DNA of 63,882 nucleotides, filler included, from Thraustochytrium aureum (Eukaryota): NCBI GenBank assembly GCA_012862495.1. It is 5 parts of 4 records of this genome, joined end to end, with 100 filler letters (N's around TTAATTAATTAA, not from the genome) between each part and the next. Parts side by side here need not be neighbours in the genome. Positions count along the whole stretch, not along the records: positions 50,372 to 60,683 come from BLSG01000357.1; positions 60,784 to 62,616 come from BLSG01000378.1; positions 62,717 to 63,882 come from BLSG01000390.1; 2 more parts are not named here. The stretch is one strand, 5' to 3'. This document shows, piece by piece, positions 58,955-63,882 of this stretch. A program made the translations under genes and the position numbers. The first letter of the stretch is position 1. Every line of letters starts with the position of its first letter. Below the pieces are notes generated by a model, which saw only the letters and a list, made by a program, of their open reading frames with translations, searched no databases and had not been told where the DNA came from.

Positions 58955-59444
58955 ATGGGGAACCGCCAGCAATCTTTGCCGGCCCGTCGTGATGGGGGAC
59001 GAGAGCATGATGAGCAAGAAGGAGCACGGGACGTGCTCCAAGGCCGTCCAGTCCGAACTCCTGTACGGCGTGGACGTTGCGAAAGCCGACAAGATCTGCT
59101 GCTTTAACCGTCATTATGCCGAGCACAGCGGATACTTCGTCACGACCAACTACCTGAAAGAAGTGGACAAGGAAGGGCCCACCGACTACTTTGACTCTGT
59201 CCACGGCAAGCGCGTGTTCAAGAGCCCCGTTGGCCGCACCTTCGAGCAGTTCCTCGCAGAGAGCAGGGCGCATGGGTGGCCATCCTTCCGCGACGACGAA
59301 GTCGACTGGGAAAACGTTCGTGTGCTGCCCAACGGGGAGACCATTACGCCTGACGGCGTCCACCTTGGTCACAATCTGCCCGACGGCAAAGGCAACCGGT
59401 ATTGTATCAACTTGGTCTGCATCGCTGGGCGCCCTACAGAGTGA
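58955..59444 (+). CDS. Methionine-R-sulfoxide reductase (MsrB/SelR)-like protein (probable frameshift near 58982)
   Basis: GWPSF, HLGH and RYCIN catalytic motifs. The likely start is MGNRQQS at 58955. Confidence 0.85.
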
Positions 59445-60683
59445 AACGGAAAGGTCTACCTTCCTCCGGGCGACAGTTGCCAAGAGCTGAAAACCAATTC
59501 CAAACCAATCCGAATACAATCCCAATCCCAGATTCCCAATCCGATCGATTCCAATCCACAGTATACTTGTTCGCTTCGAGTTTCCCTGACAATGTTGCGC
59601 TGACCACGCCGCTTCTGTTGCCAAGCTCACACAAAGACAAGCAGCTGCTCCACGGCGAGGACATCTCGCGAAGCCGCAGGGTTGTCGCGTCGACCCTGAA
59701 TTGGTCGAAACGGCGCTGCCGCGAACGAGGCCCGACTCGACCGCGACGCACGTAAAGCCTTGAGCGTCGCAGGGCCGAGGGTAGGTCGCTCTGTTGTTGC
59801 AGAGCCCTCGCCCTGAACGTGTTCACTTGACCTCGACCGTCGTAAATCCGCGGGGTCAAGTCTTGCGGGCGTGGTTCGGTCTGGTGCATCGTGAGAAGCA
59901 CTCCGGTTCGCCATCTGGCGGCCCAGTGAAGCGTGATTTGGCTCGCGGAAGGTGCGAGTGGCTCGGCGGAGGGAAACCGTTTGCTTGATACTCCGGGTGC
60001 TCCCGAGGTTGCTGTGATAGCGCCGGCGCTCGAGCACCGTGCGGCTCGTGGGCCCAGGCTGCCAGTGTCGCTCGTCAGGGAAACGCCACGCTGCTGGAGG
60101 GCTGCCGGACCTGCTGGAACTCTCGCTTTGTTGCTACTGTTGGATAGCCCTTGCGTGAGCTCCGCTCCGGTGTTTGCTCTCGACGACGGTCGACGTGGTT
60201 GCCTCAGCGCCAGGCGCGCGGGTTCTGTGAAGCTGGAGTTTTTCTGTGGCCCGTCCATGGCAGGTGCGCCTGCCACAGCTCCCAGCGGCACTGCGCCCTG
60301 GTCGGATACCCTTCTACTCCCGGGAGAGGGGCTCTGTCCGGGTCGAGGCGTCTCCTCAACGATGAGGGGTCCGGCTCGAAGGGCACGGTCAATGCGGGCT
60401 CTTGTTGCAGTTTTCTGAACGTGGTCGCGCACTCGGGCGCAGACGCGGCCCTGGCTAGCGACAAACTTTGCGACTGCCCAAGTCGGAACCGAGCCGGCCA
60501 AGTTGACCTGGACTACGTTGACGAGGTCGCAAAATGGGGCACCGGGCTCTGAGCTCGTCACGACCCAGCCACCCAAGCCCAGAGCCCCCCTGACGAAGTC
60601 GCCATTCGGCGGGCAGCTCGCATGCTCGCAGCTAATCGACAGTAGCACAAGCGTGTCGTCAGATGAACCGCGGAGGTGGCTAA
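59434..60683 (-). CDS. START-domain protein, C-terminal fragment (true stop uncertain)
   Basis: SCEHASCPP..DFVRG..LGGWVV...VVQVNLAGSVPTWAV is typical of the START C-terminal half. A low-complexity tail follows. Confidence 0.75.
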
Positions 60684-60727
60684 NNNNNNNNNNNNNNNNN
60701 NNNNNNNNNNNNNNNNNNNNNNNNNNN

Positions 60728-60739
60728 TTAATTAATTAA
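60728..60739. other. Artificial scaffold linker
   Basis: N-TTAATTAATTAA-N. Confidence 0.95.
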
Positions 60740-60783
60740 NNNNNNNNNNNNNNNNNNNNNNNNNNNNNNNNNNNNNNNNNNNN

Positions 60784-61823
60784 AAGCTACGAGGGTCGGC
60801 AGGGCCGTATCCGCTCCCGGCGTCGCCAGTCGGCTCGGTGGTAATGTTGCCGTCGCTGTGCCGTGCGGGGTCTGATGCGGCAGCATCGGCTTGCTGGACG
60901 TCTTCTGCCTTGTCGGGCCTCTCGAGGCCCAGCTTCCTGTCAAGCCAGGCGAAGAAGCGCGCGTTCTGCGACATGAAGGCAATGTAGAGCGCGTACAAGA
61001 GCAGCAAGATGAGGGCTTCGTACCACCGCACCTCGCCGTCCAGGACGACGATCAAAAGCGCCACCACGGACACGATGTAAAACGAGACGTCGCGCGAAAG
61101 CGGGCGCCAGTCGAGGGCCAGCGTCTGGCCCGCCAGCGCTGCAGAGAGGCCGATGATGACGAGAATGTTGAAGATTGCCGAGCCGACGATGGTGCCGATG
61201 CCAACGGACTTTGGCGGGTTGGAGATCACGTTGTCGGCTAGGGACACGAAGAGCTCTGGCGCGCTCGAGCCGGCAGCCATAAAGGTGGCGCCCGCAACGT
61301 CTTCGGAGAGGCCCAGCCCCCCCGAGATCTTCTCCAGGGCTCCGACAAAGTAGTCGTCGCAGATGATTGCCAGGCCCAAGAACAGGTACAGCAGGACGAA
61401 AATGTACACCCAGCCGCCGTACGATACCTCCCAGTCCTGCAGGCACTCGCCAGCGCCTGTGCCGCCCGGCACGATCTCGGCCGTGCACAACTGCGAGAGC
61501 GGGCACGTCGGGCCGCTCGACGTGATGCACAGCGCGTTCTCATCGAGCAGCCCCTTGTCGTCGAAGGTGGCATTGCAGCACACGAGTGCATAGTCACTGG
61601 GCGTCGCGCAGGCCTCGGCATCGCTGCAAAACGCCGGAAACGCCGTTTCGCAGCTGAACCCCTCCGGATTGACCGCGCCGCCGCCAGCAAGCTGCCTCCG
61701 CAGGCCCTCGCCGTCCTCGCTCCCGAGCCAGCCGACCTTGGCCAGTCCGGCCGCCACCAGCAGCGCGCCAGCCATGGCCACAAACCTCTCGGGCCTCACG
61801 CGTCGCCTCGTGGGCCTGCCCAT
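60784..61823 (-). CDS. K+-dependent Na+/Ca2+ exchanger (NCKX/SLC24), N-terminal half
   Basis: FLGLAIICDDYFV, SEDVAGATFMAAGSSAPELF, GIGTIVGSAIFNIL and LDWRPLSRD. Confidence 0.95.
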
Positions 61824-62660
61824 CCTGCAGCCAGCCTCCTCGCAGTCAGTCAGTCAGTCCCCTGGGCCCAACAAGCCGGCCTGCTGCCACGCCCGCCGAT
61901 ACAACCAAGCCCGTCTGCCGCGCCCGCAACAGCTCCTGCCTCAACAACAGCTCCTGCAACTGCTCCTGCTGCCGCCGCGCGTTCCGGCTCTGCCTGCCTG
62001 CCTGCCTGCCACTGCTGGCGCGCCTGCGCTGGTCGTGCGTGGAGGAGGTCTGCAGCTGCAGCACTTGCCGGCAGGGGAGGGAGGGAGGGAGGGTGGGAGA
62101 GTCTGCGGCGAGCGCGCCAACACGGCAGAGCCCACCGCGTCCGCGTCGAACAATCCTCTGCCGCTAACGGGCAAGAAGGCAGGCCACGTGAGCACTTGAT
62201 TGACTGATTGATTGATACATCGCTCTGCTGCGCTCTGCTGCTGCGCTCTGCTGCGCTCTGGCACGCTGGTGTGCGGCGAGAGACCTCGACCTGACGATCA
62301 TCGTGGGCGAGAGATTCTCCGGCGCCGGCGCTCGCTCTCCTCGCGGGTCGACATGCGGCTGGTTGGTGCGTGCGTCGCAGACTCGCAGTTTGCGCCGTGC
62401 CACAGTGGGAGGGATGGATGCCGTCGAACGATGGAGGTTGCTCGTGGGGCTGGCTGGCTGGCGAGCTGAAGAGCACGAACGGCTTGGGGATGAGCGAGCG
62501 AGCGAGCGAGCGAGCGAACGCCGTGTCGCGGAGCCGGAGCTGGCAACCGAAAATCGCGCTGAACAGCGCAGGTGGGCGGTGTTCTGCTGCGAGCTGAACA
62601 GCGCGTTGTGCGCGAGNNNNNNNNNNNNNNNNNNNNNNNNNNNNNNNNNNNNNNNNNNNN

Positions 62661-62672
62661 TTAATTAATTAA
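62661..62672. other. Artificial scaffold linker
   Basis: N-TTAATTAATTAA-N. Confidence 0.95.
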
Positions 62673-62718
62673 NNNNNNNNNNNNNNNNNNNNNNNNNNNN
62701 NNNNNNNNNNNNNNNNAG

Positions 62719-63882
62719 GAAGACGTTGGTCTGCTTCGACAGTGGATGAAGATCCAGGGTCGAGCGTTGTTGCTTGGCAACCCAGGGATCTCCAAGTCAC
62801 GACACTTATGGAAGTACATTGCAGTTGCTGCGAACCCCGGCATCTGGAGCGCCCTCGGTGAGGATGACGAAACCTTCCCCGACGAGCGTAATGTGGTTGC
62901 TTTCGTTACGGGCCGGAAAAGTGGGAAAGACGACTACGTCCTCGTTTATCACCTCAAGGACAAGGTGGTGCATACGTTCCCCCCTGGACTCGGGACTTGC
63001 GCCTTGGATGTCCTGGGCCACCTCGCCATGATGGCCTGCCGTCCTCGAATGCTGTACGAACCTGGCAACAGCGATTCGGAGGTGCCTCACGATATGGCGA
63101 CGCAGAGCTGCTTGCCTTGCTTGGCCGCGTGCTCACCAAACGATTCGCGCTACAAAGAGTATGTCAAGCAAGGCCTGGCTGCCAAGCTCTACATGCCTTG
63201 CCCGACGCTCGCCGAAATGGTGGCGATTGGATCGCGTCTGAACCATGCAAAAGGCGGCAACGCAGAAGCTTTGGCCGCCAGTGTGTCCGAAATCAAACAG
63301 CGTGTCGCGGATATCGGCCCTTTCCCTCGCCGCGTCTTCTCTCCAATTTCTTTCTACAACGACGAACTGGAGGCCAGCAACAGAGTTCTTGGGAAACTGC
63401 CGGAGAGCATCGATCTGCTCAATCAAGAAACTGATCTTGCTTCCTCCAGTGTGAAGAACGCGGAAACGCACCGCATTATGCGATACCGCCTCCCTCAGGT
63501 CGGAAAGGGCGGCGAAACCGACTTTCTGCATTTCGAGGTCGTCGCTGCACACGGCGCTGTTGAGAAGAAACTGCGGGATCTCGCGTTCCGAAACTTAGTG
63601 GAAGATCTTCGGCGGGTGCTGCTTGCCCATATCGCTGGGCTTCCGCGCATCGCGTCGAGTGTACCGAACGCACTGGAGGCGCTCGTTGCAAAATACGTAG
63701 TTCTGGGAATGCGGTGGGGCTGGTCGGGGCGCGGCGACGCTTCAACGAAGCTCACGTGGGGCTGGTTTTCGCGGGGATATCCAAGGTCCGGCATGCGCGT
63801 GTGCAACCCGTTGATTTGGACGTCAAGCCTTCCGTCCACCCGTCTCGCGGACATGAAACAGGGCTTGCTTTATGTGCCACAT
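62719..63882 (+). CDS. Crinkler/RHS-type P-loop NTPase protein fragment (open at both ends; absent from the ORF track)
   Basis: Manual translation gives 388 stop-free codons: LLLGNPGISKS (Walker A), MLYEP (Walker B-like), CSPNDSRYKEYVK, KLYMP, IGPFPRRVF, THRIM, NALEALV and GLLYVPH. Confidence 0.75.

Noticed and set aside
3270..58990. Many frameshifts (near 3275, 5640, 10425, 22010, 30838, several in WDR90, 54720, 58982) suggesting programmed frameshifting or pseudogenes
   Set aside because: They hit unrelated conserved genes, often in short homopolymer runs, with no shared slippery motif and no in-frame stops. Draft sequencing indel errors are the simplest explanation.

Overview
This is GC-rich eukaryotic (protist) nuclear DNA, not a prokaryotic locus. 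Genes are dense and carry a few short spliceosomal introns (GTAAGT/GTGAGT donors, CTGAC/CTAAC/CTCAC branch sites, AG acceptors), and (GCAG)n/(GGAA)n microsatellites are common. Gene content and style would fit a heterotrophic stramenopile such as a labyrinthulomycete, but that is inference. The window joins five draft scaffolds through artificial N-TTAATTAATTAA-N linkers (23749, 50316, 60728, 62661). It also has many N gaps and single-base frameshifts that look like sequencing errors. Recognisable genes: class II aldolase/adducin-like, BSD+DUF4833, tandem RGS with CaaX, enoyl-CoA isomerase, propionyl-CoA synthetase, MTP18, HADHA, plant-type Tom5, cyclin H, V-ATPase D, anoctamin, SKIP16/FBXO3-like ApaG protein, G6PD, YghU-type GST, TLC protein, WDR90, SLC35A, MsrB-like, START and NCKX. 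Best leads: (1) a head-to-head pair of paralogous, unassigned ~950-aa multipass glycoproteins with Prm1/DC-STAMP/prominin-like topology; (2) an anoctamin that has lost most acidic Ca2+-site residues but gained a C-terminal EF-hand; (3) a Crinkler/RHS-type NTPase(-nuclease) ORF missed by the ORF track; (4) a dynein microtubule-binding-like domain on a non-motor protein. All family assignments come from motif recognition, not database searches.
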